DNA of 64,000 nt. Origin: Flectonema sp. DT1601. Taxonomy: Eukaryota. Each line of letters begins with the position of its first letter. The stretch's first letter is position 1. Where the stretch lies: assembly GCA_964019425.1 (NCBI GenBank), contig OZ025803.1, positions 62,001 through 126,000 of the forward strand, written 5' to 3'. Both the position numbers and the translations under genes were made by a program. The notes below the pieces were generated by a model. It was not told the origin of the DNA and did no database searches. It was given only the letters and a program-made list of their open reading frames with translations. Positions 46,273 to 57,700 of this stretch are shown here, piece by piece.

Positions 46273-47014
46273 GCCTGGTATGAATAAATAATAATATTAT
46301 AAACATATCAATAATTGGGTTAATCAATTATATAAAAAGTTATATCTGAATATCACTTTATTTCTGAAGGTCAAGAAGGCACTACGCATATTATCGATCA
46401 AAAACAATAATTTGAAACAGGTAAGCTTTTCGGTGGAAATTGGATCAATTTAAAAAACCACTCAGCCTGTTGAACACAGCCCATGGGAACCGCAAAGCGG
46501 AAAGAAAGAACATTTCACTCGAAGAATTTACATTGATGAGTCACCACATGCAGTTGTTAGTATACATGATGCTTCGAAGGGGAGGGAAAACAGCCCTGAA
46601 TCACTTCTTGCAACAATCTCTAACACAGTTTTCCACTCCGAAGCTTGCGGTTGTCAGAGCTGGAACCGGCGAATCAAAAACCCCTCAAGTTCTCTCAAGA
46701 CTGACGGACAGAGTGGTAACCATTCACTCACCTGACTGGCTCCGCGGCCATCTCCTCACGACAGCGGGAGTTGACTCTTGCGAAAGATTGGACTTGACAA
46801 CTTGCGAAATTTAATAGACGACCATCTTCTCGATGTAGTCTATCACCTAATCAGATCCCTTAATCTGCTTATCTCTGATGCTCTCCGTGTCCTTCTTCAC
46901 AATTGCCTCAAGGTTACAGCCTCACTGATGAGTGTCCGAACTCATCATTTTTATTCATAATGTAGGATCATTGCCTTGTGTGCTGATGGATTCTTGAGAT
47001 TATGTTTATCGACT

Positions 47015-47373
47015 ACCGGATTTTCTTTCAAACTTGCGGGTTTTTCCCCACAAGAATATATCCCTGCCACAGAGAATTTTTACGAAAGTTAGTCAGCGGA
47101 TCAAGAATGTAAGGAATGTTTGTATTTCCATCAAGTGTACGTTGGAACAAAGAATTACTTACCTAGCAAACAAAACAAAAAACAACCATACTGCATAATA
47201 AAAGTAATTTTTGCTGCAGCTTTCCTTTGTAGCACATGTACTTAACAAAAAGAACTAAAAAAATGGCTGGATAAAAGGTACGTTGGCAGGGAAATATACT
47301 CGCGGATTTTAGAGAAAATATTTAAAAAAAACTCGCAGGTTTTTCCCCACGAGAAATATTTCTCTTTACAGTA
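47015..47373. mobile_element. Truncated MITE with ...TTTACAG|TA terminus (Tc1/mariner-pogo type)
   Basis: 47020-47095 matches 58975-59044; the right end gaaatatttctctttacagta is the near inverse of tactgtaaagggaaatatt at 58888. Confidence 0.65.
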
Positions 47374-48822
47374 ATTTAAAATGATGAAAGTGTTGCTGAT
47401 GCTGTTCTGGTTCCACTTCTGCTTTCCTTGCGAGTTTCTGATACTCAGCATCTGATTGTTTTGTTTCGGTTGTACAATCTTGTGAACTCCTGTTTATCAA
47501 TTTCTGTTTGGGAGATTCAGTATTTGGAAATACACCTGTAATTAATCTTCAGATATTGCTACCCTGAGTAGGCGCCCGTGAAGCTCCATTGATAGATTTC
47601 ACATATGGAAACCTTTCCGCATAAGTACACTTAAACTCAAGAATAAACTATTGCACCTCACGTTATCATGTTTTAAAGGATCAAACAATGAGGTCACAAC
47701 TTGGAATCTATCCAAAGGTGATAGTTGGAAGCGAATGAAATTGATATTGTGAGTAAATGCATTAAATCATTTATATAAACCAGAACTCAATTAGTGACAT
47801 TGCAAGTGAAAAAAGCATCCATCAAAGGATCAAAAGAGAGTTAAAAATGAAATTGCGCGGCTAACCTCACAACAACATGGTCGATATCGGTGGGACACTA
47901 TGGCGCTGCTCTTGATCTCTGCACTGCCATTAGGCTTGGTGTTAATTTCTGATCCACCTCTTCTCAGCGTGTGTAAATTGGTTTTTGCTTCTTTTGCTCG
48001 CAATATCCGTTACGCAAACGTATCTGAAGCACCACACGTCAGACCTTAGTTCAGCCTGTGATGCAGTCTGTCAAGAACTATTATATTATTGTACCCCAGT
48101 CCCCTAGTCATTAGTATTCCATTTTGACCTTAGCCGACGACGGCAATATTTTATTAATTATTGGAATCGCGGAATTTTCCAAATTCTTAATTGCGTGCAA
48201 ATCGTTCGCAGGGGCCGGCATGCCAGTTGCGATTAAAATCAGGGAATGAGACTGCCTTTGGTAACAATAACGAAACCGCATCTTACAAGATAAAATACTC
48301 ACAAAACGATCCCCCTGAGTGGGTAAGTCATCCACAGAGGCACTCGCTGTTTTCTCATATTATTGCAGGAATTGCCACATTACGAAGCTCTGCAACTAAC
48401 GTCTGAGCATCAGTGTGACAAAGAAACGCTGCTTTCATTGTTGAAGTTCCTGGAGATAATGACCTTAAGGTACGACGTTAAAACGTATGTCTTCTTTTAA
48501 GTAAAGCGAAGTGATATATTAGAACTCTTTACAATTGATTACTGCAGCGGGCTTCCATCGTGACTGTCAAAAGAAAAGAGATTAAGTACCGCATTCTTAA
48601 ATCCATTCATGACCCAACACTACAACCCGCTCGGAGATCTTTTTTTCTTTTCTTTTTCTGCTGTTAGAATCCGAGATTTGAAGAAGCAAATGACTAACCC
48701 GAAAGTTTGTCTTTTTTATTTTTCATGCTTTTTTCCCATGGGAGCTAACCCCCATCACGATATTCGTGAATGACAGAAACACTACAGACTTCTAATAAGT
48801 CAACAACAACAATTCGACCACT

Positions 48823-49240
48823 CTATGCGAAAAGCATAAGGAAGGCAATCATGAGAGCGAATAGACCAATAGCCTCAGTCAGAGCGAATCCAAGAATGGC
48901 GTAGTTAAAGAGAGCTCTCATGAGGTTTGGTTGACGAGCAGCCGCCAACAAGAAACTTCCGAAGACGTTTCCGATACCAACACCAACTCCAGCAAGAGCA
49001 ATGGCAGACAGACCTGTTTGTGTTGTTAGTTTTAGAAGGGTCAACTCATTAAAATTATGCCGCAAGTCTTCGCTGAGCTTCTGAAATATGTTTTGAAACG
49101 GGAAAGTTCCAAGTTTTCATATCCATACCGGTACCAACGTAGTTAAGACCCGAAACGGTCACCTGAAGGGATGAGTTACGCGCCTGAACTGGAGCAACAA
49201 CAGCAGAGCGGGCGGCGACGCGAAGTCCTGATCTCATCAT
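48823..49240 (-). CDS. ATP9: Nuclear-encoded mitochondrial ATP synthase subunit c, 2 exons (49240-49129, 49013-48823), 100 aa
   Basis: Presequence [35 protein letters not shown]...ARQPNL...[11 protein letters not shown]; 115-nt intron 49128-49014. Confidence 0.96.
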
Positions 49241-49351
49241 CTTAAAAGAGTGGTGAAGGCTGAAATAACTGTTGGGAGGGAAAATAAACATAACAAACTG
49301 CAACAACAAATAATATTCAATTCAATACCACAAGAGAAGAGAAGCTCGCAA

Positions 49352-49730
49352 TTCTATTCATTAGGTTGAACTCCATACTCTAATCGTAGTAAATGGGCGC
49401 AAAGAGATGGAAGTTCGCACCTCCAGATGTTCTGCTGATGTTGACGGTGAGTGTGTTTGACCATCGGAAGATCTCATCACACATCCCAAGAGCAGATTCG
49501 ATAAGCTAGCTCTTCACCATGATCTGCAGTACAGTGGGGCTGAAAGAGACTGTGGGGGGAACAAGAAATGTGTGAGGGACAAGAAGCACAAAGCTGATCT
49601 CAATCTCATGAAGGGGAATATTCGCCATGCGGTAGATTCTACCAATCTTAACCTTTTAGACAGGGTAACACATCTGTTGTCCATCCCAGCATTTGCTTCA
49701 AAGATAGCCTTGGAAAGAATACTAGGATGA
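49352..49730 (+). pseudogene. Decayed parvovirus/Polinton(adintovirus)-type phospholipase A2 domain
   Basis: Open frame 49461-49730: PKSRFDKLALHHDLQYS...KHKADLNL...FASKIALERILG*. Broken upstream SLG*TPYSNR resembles the xGPGT loop. Confidence 0.7.
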
Positions 49731-49867
49731 GAAGTTTTTATTACTTTAATACAATGACAGGTGACAACAATATAGTTACAGCTTCTGGAAGTGCAAATGT
49801 CAACATGGTGAGTGGTCAGCCAAGTGACGCAGATATCATGTGCAAGTTCACATGAGGGTCTTCAACC

Positions 49868-49959
49868 TAACTGTTCGAGTTTGTACGTAAAATACAAATG
49901 TATTGTATCATAAAACAACATAAAGATAATTTAACATTAGTTCTGAGATACAGTGACTA
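49868..49959. repeat. ~90-bp dispersed repeat, copy 2
   Basis: Near-identical to 25899-25989. Confidence 0.85.
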
Positions 49960-50454
49960 AAGGTAATGTTAGTGTAGGTATACACTCTGCGATTGACGTA
50001 AATACTTTACATTATAATAAATGTTTCTAACTTAGCTTCATGCACATCTCTTTTTCCGTGTTGTCATTCAGTGCAGTACGGAATCGAGTTATTCGATTTT
50101 GAATTAATCGTGAGCCCTGGGGAACCAAAACCAGGGTATAATGTAATACGGCAGAGTGTAGGTTTCACCTACAAATTACTTGCTTAAAATCAACAATTCT
50201 TTGAAAAAAATATGTTAGCAAAAATTGCTAGTTCGTAGCACACTACTAGCGGAGCACTCACCTTAAATAAATTATGGTAGCGTTATCCAGAATTCAGTTA
50301 GAAAATCTGAGGGGGTTGCATAATCCAACAAATAATGTTGGGGTGATGGTATCGACGGGTTTTGGGTTAAGATATTCAATTGGCAAAGTCCAGAGTGGGT
50401 GCAACCAAGTGCTGCACGCACAAAGCATGGTGCAACACGACTCTGGGCAGGGAG

Positions 50455-51335
50455 TGAGGCGATCGGCAGGGTGGAGGTGTTCACGATTTTTCACTTTGCT
50501 ACACGAAAATTCACGATTTTTCACGATTTTTCACTTAATTTTTTGCTGCTTTCTGGTAGTGAAATCCCGTGAAAATGTGTGAATTCTAGTGAAAAAAGTG
50601 AGTGATATCCAGATGGTACCGTTGGTGCTGGTGTGCTGTGCGATGTCAAACCTGTTCAGTTTGCCATACATGTCACTTTGACAACTAAATGGACATCGCT
50701 TGTGCCCAGTGACCCATCACCCTTCCTGACCATCGCTTGTGGTGAGGTTCCGGACTTTGGACCGGGCTAACCTCCAAGTCATCTTCAACTTCTAGTCCCA
50801 TACCACCCAATACATCTAACAGCTTTGATCTGCTAGTCACATACAGCAAGATCTCTGCTGGCAAGGAATCGCGAAGTTGCACTGTTACTCTTACGAGAGC
50901 CATGTGAATGAATTACCACAATAAACTGTAGAGAACGATAGGATTAACAAGCACCACCACTTCAACGATCACCACACATGCCTATCAACCCACCTGTGCT
51001 AGAATAGTTCAGCAACCACATGAAACTGTAACAAGAGCTGGATTAAAGAAGTAGTATTAACAATAAACTGTAGAGAACGATAGGATTAACAAGCACCGAT
51101 GACAACTACGAAGCAATGCAGTTCAGGCCCCCCCCTGAGTAGTTTTTTTTACCAAACCACAAATCTCAATATCAAAATTCACGAAAATTCACGATTTTTC
51201 ACCATGTTTTTGGCAGTGAATTTTCGTGAATTTTCGTGATAGGTAGTGACAACTCGTGACAAACCGTGAAGGATCGTGAAAATTCGTGAAGGATCGTGAA
51301 AATTCGTGAAACCTCCACCCCTGCCGATCGCCTCA
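50455..51335. mobile_element. 881-bp non-autonomous TIR element with subterminal ~10-bp TTCACG/CGTGAA repeats
   Basis: Ends tgaggcgatcggcagg(g)gtggaggt ... acctccacccctgccgatcgcctca; internal 38-bp direct repeat at 50918-50955 and 51060-51097. Confidence 0.85.
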
Positions 51336-51760
51336 ATATCACAGCTTTCTCTGACGAAAACCAGCAATTTGCACTTGACGGAGGTAAGGCTACTTTGCTA
51401 CTGAACCACAAGCCCAAAATATCAGATAAGCTTCCCCTTACTAGAGCTGAGAAGAGCACTATTGGATCTACACCCCTTGACACAACCGCGGACAACAAGT
51501 TTGAAGAGATAGAGCACAGCCAGCATATCGATTCCCTGAAGAATAAACGAGCAAGAAAAGAAGCCCTCTTTGAAAGGTTAGACAGGGAGCACACCATCCA
51601 ACAACGAGCCTGCAAACGGAAAAGTGCCCCCGAGAAGCCTGTTAGAAAGAAGCGCAGCCAGTGCAGCTCTCTTACTCATGATCTCCGAAATTGTCCAGAT
51701 CGTCGTTCTGAATCCGAAAGCTCCGATTCAAGTAGCAGTGTAACTCCTCAAGAAACGTAA
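51336..51760 (+). pseudogene. C-terminal fragment of a possible transposon protein (coiled coil plus degenerate zinc knuckle)
   Basis: KRSQCSSLTHDLRNCP matches CxxCxxxxHxxxxC with the first Cys lost; the 5' end is cut by the TIR element. Confidence 0.45.
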
Positions 51761-52114
51761 GTGTGTACAACATTATTAGTAAGTTAGTGTAGGTGCAGAA
51801 TGCACACGAATGATCAATATCAGTCCATCAGTCCTCTTAGCTTCGCTGCTTGTGCCAAAACTTACGTATTAATTTTGTCGTACAGTTTCTAAATACATCG
51901 GATGGGGATGGATCTACTTGCCCAGGATATGGAGTCCGACAGCCACGGAGAATAATGCATCTAATTGCAGAGGTTTGATATGTGAAGTAAACCTGCCCCC
52001 TGTGTGTGTACTGCATAACACAGTAATACAGTCAATTTCCCCTAAAAATTGCAGAATTTTTGAACTGGTGACAAGTAAAGTTGTATCCCAGACCCGGAAT
52101 TGAGTTTTCTAATA

Positions 52115-52207
52115 TACAGAGTGGGCCAAAAAAGTGCTCAGACCAAGATTTAGAGGCCGGCCTACCCGTGGTACAAAATGGTACCCTACTTTTGGCATCC
52201 TCTCATA
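52115..52207. mobile_element. Short Tc1/mariner-like MITE remnant
   Basis: TA|cagagtgggccaaaaaagt with a degenerate inverse acttttggcatcctctca|TA. Confidence 0.4.
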
Positions 52208-52601
52208 TAAAAAAAAAAAAAAAAAAAAACAATGTTATCATTGTTTTTTTATCGATCGACTATGTCGATCACTTTCCATTTTCCGTCCTGGTCAAGACGC
52301 TAAACTGAGTGTTTTTTCTTTAAAAAATAAATAAAAAGAATAAAAATAAAAAAGAATATAAATAAAAAAAAAGAATAAACAATGTTATCATTGTTTTCTT
52401 TTATCGCTCGACTATGTCGATTACCTTCTATTTTCCGTCCTGGTCAGGACGCTAAACTGATTGTTTTTTCTTTAAAAAATAAAGGGAAAACCCCTAATTC
52501 CACAAAAATAGTTTGCGAAATCGCCAACTCATCACAAAAATTTTAACCGCTCGAAACAACCCAACATGACGGGAGAAAAAAAAATTTTCAGAATTTTCTG
52601 A

Positions 52602-52673
52602 GCTCCAGTGATCTACTGGTTATGACCGCCTAATCATGACCCGGAGGTCTCGGGTTCGAACCCCGTGACATCC
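52602..52673 (+). pseudogene. tRNA-like sequence (pseudogene or SINE head)
   Basis: A-box-like tgatctactgg, T-arm cggg-ttcgaac-cccg, then T6; acceptor and anticodon stems do not pair. Confidence 0.55.
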
Positions 52674-52912
52674 TTTTTTCTCTTTTTCGTAATGACGGAA
52701 AATGTGACCAAAACATAGTCAAAGGGCGGATTGATCACCTACTGGTCGAGTTGAGACATATTCCCGTTGCAATAAATCACCAAGACCCCTCCCGTGTGAT
52801 CGATCACTTTAAAATGTTACTGTGCAGTTCACCAGTGAGACTAAGACCTCCAACCAAAATTCACCAGACTTCAAGTTCCAAATTAGGTAATTTTTGTCAG
52901 GCATATTCGAAC

Positions 52913-52972
52913 CATCGACAACAGAAATTCTCACGTTAGTAAAAGCCTTTAGAAATGTGGCTTAACGATCCT
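52913..52972 (+). pseudogene. LSU rRNA fragment (domain V) with internal deletions, sense on +
   Basis: gacaacagaaattctc..taaaagcc..gaaatgtggcttaacgatcct resembles conserved GAGAACAGAAATCTC..GTAAAAGC..GAAAGTGTGGCCTATCGATCCT. Confidence 0.6.
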
Positions 52973-53019
52973 CATCATCGATTTAGGTTCGTGACTCAGA
53001 AGCCTTCGTCATGTGGCCC

Positions 53020-53347
53020 TCCTCCCAGCCAAACTCCCAACATGACTGGTGTCCCCAAACGAGGGGTCGAGCCGAAGCCCGTTTGTCGCCGGAATCGGAA
53101 AAGCCACGAGTCCGAAAGGACCCTAACCTCCGAAGAGGCAGCTGCCGTTCCCCCATCATTGGATAAGTAAAGCGACGATAAGAGTAGTGGTATTTCATTG
53201 TTGGTAAACCTCCCACCTTTAACTACACCCGACTAGAGTCAAAAACGCTGACAGTTTCAAGTCCGTTCCCTTGACTGCTGTTCGCCAGATAGTAGGTAGG
53301 GGCAGAAGGAATCTCATTGGTCCATTCATGCGCGTCTTTAATTAGAA

Positions 53348-53379
<32 letters not shown>

Positions 53380-53385
53380 CAGTTA
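53020..53385 (-). pseudogene. Degenerate LSU (28S) rRNA fragment, domains IV-V
   Basis: Minus strand reads ATGACTCTCTTAAGGTAGCCAAATGCCTCGTC, GACGCGCATGAATGG, TTGACTCTAGTC, TGAAATACCACTAC and GGGAGTTTGGCTGGG, with deletions between blocks. Confidence 0.92.
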
Positions 53386-54014
53386 TCCTGGTCAAGACGC
53401 TAAACTGATTGTTTTTTCTTTTAAAAAATAAATAAAAGATATAAAAAAAAAAAAAAAAAAAAGAATTAAACAATGTTATCATTGTTTTTTTTATCGATCG
53501 ACTTTGTCGATTACTGTCTACTTTCCGTCCTGGTCAGGACGCTAAACTGATTGTTTTTTCTTTAAAAAATAAATAAAAAGATAAAAAAAAAAAAAAAAAA
53601 AGGAATAAACAATGTTATCATTGTTTTTTTTATCGATCGACTATGTCGATTACTTTCTATTTTCCGTCCTGGTCAGGACGCTAAACTGATTGTTTTTTCT
53701 TTAAAAATAAATAAAAAGTTAAAAAAAAAAAAAAAAAAAGGATTAAACAATGTTATCATTGTTTTTTTTATCGATCGACTATGTCGATTACTTTCTATTT
53801 TCCGTCCTGGTCAAGACGCTAAACTGATTGTTTTTTCTTTAAAATAATTAAAAGGATTTAAAAAAAAAAAAAAAAAAAGAATAAACAATGTTATCATTGT
53901 TTTTTTTTATCGTTCGACTTTGTCGACTAATTTCTATTTTCCGTTTTTTTTTTCTTTAAAAAATAAATAAAAAGAATTTAAAATAAAAAAAAAAGAAGGG
54001 TAAAGGGGTCTTTC

Positions 54015-54749
54015 CTACACAAATAGTTTCAGAACTAACCATTCATTACAAAATCCAAAATGGCTGTAAACCGTCCAGTTCGATCCTGGGTGAGGGCATT
54101 TTTTTTTTTTCCCGATTTTTTTTTCAGGTTGGACTTTGTACGGGGAGGTTGGCTTTTATTAGTGGCTCCCCCCCCTTGGGGGGGGTTGGGGGGGGGGCTT
54201 GCGTCCCGCCAAGAATTTGGCGGACGCAAGCCCCCCTTGCACTCTTCCCCAGCTTAACATCCATTAGTAGCAAACTTGTTTTTTCAGGTTGGACTTTGTA
54301 CAGGGGAGGTTGGCTTTTATTAGTGGCTCCCCCCCCTTGGGGGGGGGTTGGGGGGGGGGCTTGCACTCTTCCCAGCTTAATATCCATTAGTAGCAAATTT
54401 GTTTTTTGAGGTTGGACTTTGTACAGGACAGGCAGACTTTGTACGGGAGAGGTTGGCTTTTATTAGTGGCTCCCCCCCCTTGGGGGGGGTTGGGGGGGGG
54501 GCAAGCCCCCCCCTTGCACTATACCCCAGCTTAATACCTATTCTGGGTGAAAAAATCCGGTGAAAAAAAAATGACGTCGGTCGGGATTGAGCCTGGGCGT
54601 CGGGTATCCAAAGTCAGTGCTCCCTCCGCTGAACCACATCCGCTCTTAAAGACAGGTGTGGGTCTCGATGCATCCTATATACAGTTTTTGGGTCCCCCAG
54701 CCATTTTGGATTTTGTAATGAATGGTTAGTTCTGAAACTATTTGTGTAG
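54015..54749. mobile_element. 735-bp element with perfect 52-bp inverted ends, internal G/C-run tandem repeats and tRNA-like segments
   Basis: 54015-54066 is the exact reverse complement of 54698-54749; possible TA target duplication (TA|CAC...GTG|TA). Confidence 0.88.
54572..54645 (-). pseudogene. tRNA-like sequence (possibly Gln-TTG-derived)
   Basis: A box tggttcagcgg, D stem gttc/gagc, gactttgga loop, B-box-like ggctcaatccc, then a T run; other stems unpaired. Confidence 0.55.
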
Positions 54750-57700
54750 TAAACACTAGTTTGCCCAAAAAAGAATAAACAATGTTATCATTGTTTTTTT
54801 ATCGATCGACTATGTCGATCACTTTCTATTTTCCGTCCTGGTCAAGACGCTAAACTGATTTTTTTTTTTTTCAAAATTAATAAAAAAAAAAAAAAATAAA
54901 AAAAAAAGAATAAACAATGTTATCATTGTTTTTTTTTATCGTTCGACTTTGTTGACTAATTTCTATTTTCCGTTTTTTTTTCTTTTTAAAAAATAAATAA
55001 AAAGAATCTAAAAAAAAAAAAAAGGAATAAACAATGTTATCATTGTTTTTTTTTTATCGATCGACTATGTCGATTACTTTCTATTTTCCGTCCTGGTCAA
55101 GACGCTAAACTGATTGTTTTTTTTTTTCAAAATTAATAAAAAAGAATATAAAAAAAAACAAAAAAAAAAAAGAATAAACAATGTTATCATTGTTTTTTTT
55201 TTATCGTTCGACTTTGTCGACTAATTTTTATTTTCCGTTTTTTTTTTCTTTAAAAAATAAATAAAAAGAATTTAAAAAAAAAAAAAAAAAAAGAATAAAC
55301 AATGTTATCATTGTTTCTTTTATCGATCGACTATGTCGATCACTTTGTTTTTTATCGTTCGACTTTGTCGACTAATTTCTATTTTCCGTTTTTTTTTTTC
55401 TTTAAAAAATAAATAAAAAGAATTTAAAATAAAAAAAAAGAATAAACAATGTTATCATTGTTTTTTTATCGATCGACTATGTCGATCACTTTCTATTTTC
55501 CGTCCTGGTCAAGACGCTAAACTGATTGTTTTTTTTTTCAAAATTAATAAAAAAGAATATTAAAAAAAATACAAAAAAAAAAGAATAAACAATGTTATCA
55601 TTGTTTTTTTTTTATCGTTCGACTTTGTCGACTAATTTCTATTTTCCGTTTTTTTTCTTTAAAAAATAAATAAAAAGAATTTAAAATAAAAAAAAAAAGA
55701 ATAAACAATGTTATCATTGTTTTTTTTTATCGATCGACTATGTCGATTACTTTCTATTCTCCGTCCTGGTCAAGACGCTAAACTGATTGTTTTTTTTTTT
55801 CAAAATAAAAAAAAATATTAAAAAAAAAAAAATAAAAAAAAAGAATAAACAATGTTATCATTGTTTTTTTATCGATCGACTATGTCGATCACTTTCTATT
55901 TTCCGTCCTGGTCAAGACGCTAAACTGATTGTTTTTTTTTCAAAATTAATAAAAAAGAATATAAAAAAAAAAAAAAAAAAAAAAAAGAATAAACAATGTT
56001 ATCATTGTTTTTTTATCGATCGACTATGTCGATTACTTTCTATTTTCCGTCCTGGTCAAGACGCTAAACTGATTGTTTTTTTTTTCAAAATTAATAAAAA
56101 AGAATATAAAAAAAAAAAAAAAAAAAAAGAATAAACAATGTTATCATTGTTTTTTTTATTGTTCGACTTTGTTGACTAATTTCTATTTTCCGTTTTTTTT
56201 TTCTTTAAAAAATAAATAAAAAGAATTTAAAATAAAAAAAAAGAATAAACAATGTTATCATTGTTTTTTTATCGATCGACTATGTCGATCACTTTCTATT
56301 TTCCGTCCTGGTCAAGACGCTAAACTGATTGTTTTTTTTTCAAAATTAATAAAAAAGAATATAAAAAAATACAAAAAAAAGAATAAACAATGTTATCATT
56401 GTTTTTTTTTATCGTTCGACTTTGTCGACTAATTTCTATTTTCCGTTTTTTTTCTTTAAAAAATAAATAAAAAGAATTTAAAATAAAAAAAAAAAAGAAT
56501 AAACAATGTTATCATTGTTTTTTTATCGATCGACTATGTCGATTACTTTCTATTTTCCGTCCTGGTCAAGACGCTAAACTGATTGTTTTTTTTTCAAAAT
56601 TAATAAAAAAGATTATAAAAAAATACAAAAAAAAGAATAATCATTCTTTTAAATTCATTTGAATATTATTCCTTGGTCAGCAACCATCATTGTCGCCCTT
56701 TGGGCCTGTTAAAAAAAATAAAAATAAAAAGAAAGTTTACATCGGGAATAGGGCAGGAGCCAAAAGCTCCCAGTCCGTTACTTCCCACTTTATCGAAATT
56801 CATAAACAATGTTATCATTGTTTTTTTTTATCGTTCGACTTTGTTGACTAATTTCTATTTTCCGTTTTTTTTTCTTTAAAAAATAAATAAAAAGAATTTA
56901 AAAAAAAAAAAAAAAAAAAGAATAAACAATGTTATCATTGTTTTTTTTATCGATCGACTATGTCGATTACTTTCTATTTTCCGTCCTGGTCAAGACGCTA
57001 AACTGATTGTTTTTTTTTCAAAATTAATAAAAAAGAATATAAAAAAATACAAAAAAAAGAATAAACAATGTTATCATTGTTTTTTTTTATCGTTCGACTT
57101 TGTCGACTAATTTCTATTTTCCGTTTTTTTTCTTTAAAAAATAAATAAAAAGAATTTAAAATAAAAAAAAAAAAGAATAAACAATGTTATCATTGTTTTT
57201 TTATCGATCGACTATGTCGATTACTTTCTATTTTCCGTCCTGGTCAAGACGCTAAACTGATTGTTTTTTTTTTCAAAATTAATAAAAAAGAATATAAAAA
57301 AAAATAAAAAAAAAAAGAATAAACAATGTTATCATTGTTTTTTTTTATCGTTCGACTTTGTTGACTAATTTCTATTTTCCATTTTTTTTCTTTTTAAAAA
57401 TAAATAAAAAGAATTAAAATAAAAAAAAAAAAGAATAAACAATGTTATCATTGTTTTTTTATCGATCGACTATGTCGATTACTTTCTATTTTCCGTCCTG
57501 GTCAGGACGCTAAACTGATTGTTTTTTCTTTAAAAATAAATAAAAAGAATTTAAAATAAAAAAAAAAAAGAATAAACAATGTTATCATTGTTTTTTTATC
57601 GATCGACTATGTCGATTACTTTCTATTTTCCGTCCTGGTCAGGACGCTAAACTGATTGTTTTTTCTTTAAAAATAAATAAAAAGAATAAAAAAAAAAAAA

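Noticed and set aside
2511..46960. Short plus-strand and alternative-frame ORFs overlapping genes, and Phe/Lys-rich intergenic ORFs
   Set aside because: Antisense shadows or homopolymer translations.
46440..48560. Possible decayed minus-strand coding sequence (~46460-46960, 47380-47700, 48190-48558)
   Set aside because: Protein-like stretches are broken by many stops and no family could be assigned.
49425..49450. 16-nt match agatgttctgctgatg with ~61633
   Set aside because: Short enough to arise by chance in 64 kb; the wider flanks are unrelated.
49968..51794. 12-bp gttagtgtaggt at 49968 and 51783 as a target-site duplication
   Set aside because: No matching element termini just inside the two copies.
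53355..53380. R2 retrotransposon or group I intron insertion at the 28S site
   Set aside because: The TTAAGGTAGCC site is uninterrupted.
52913..53385. Functional rRNA gene
   Set aside because: Short, internally deleted and partly inverted.
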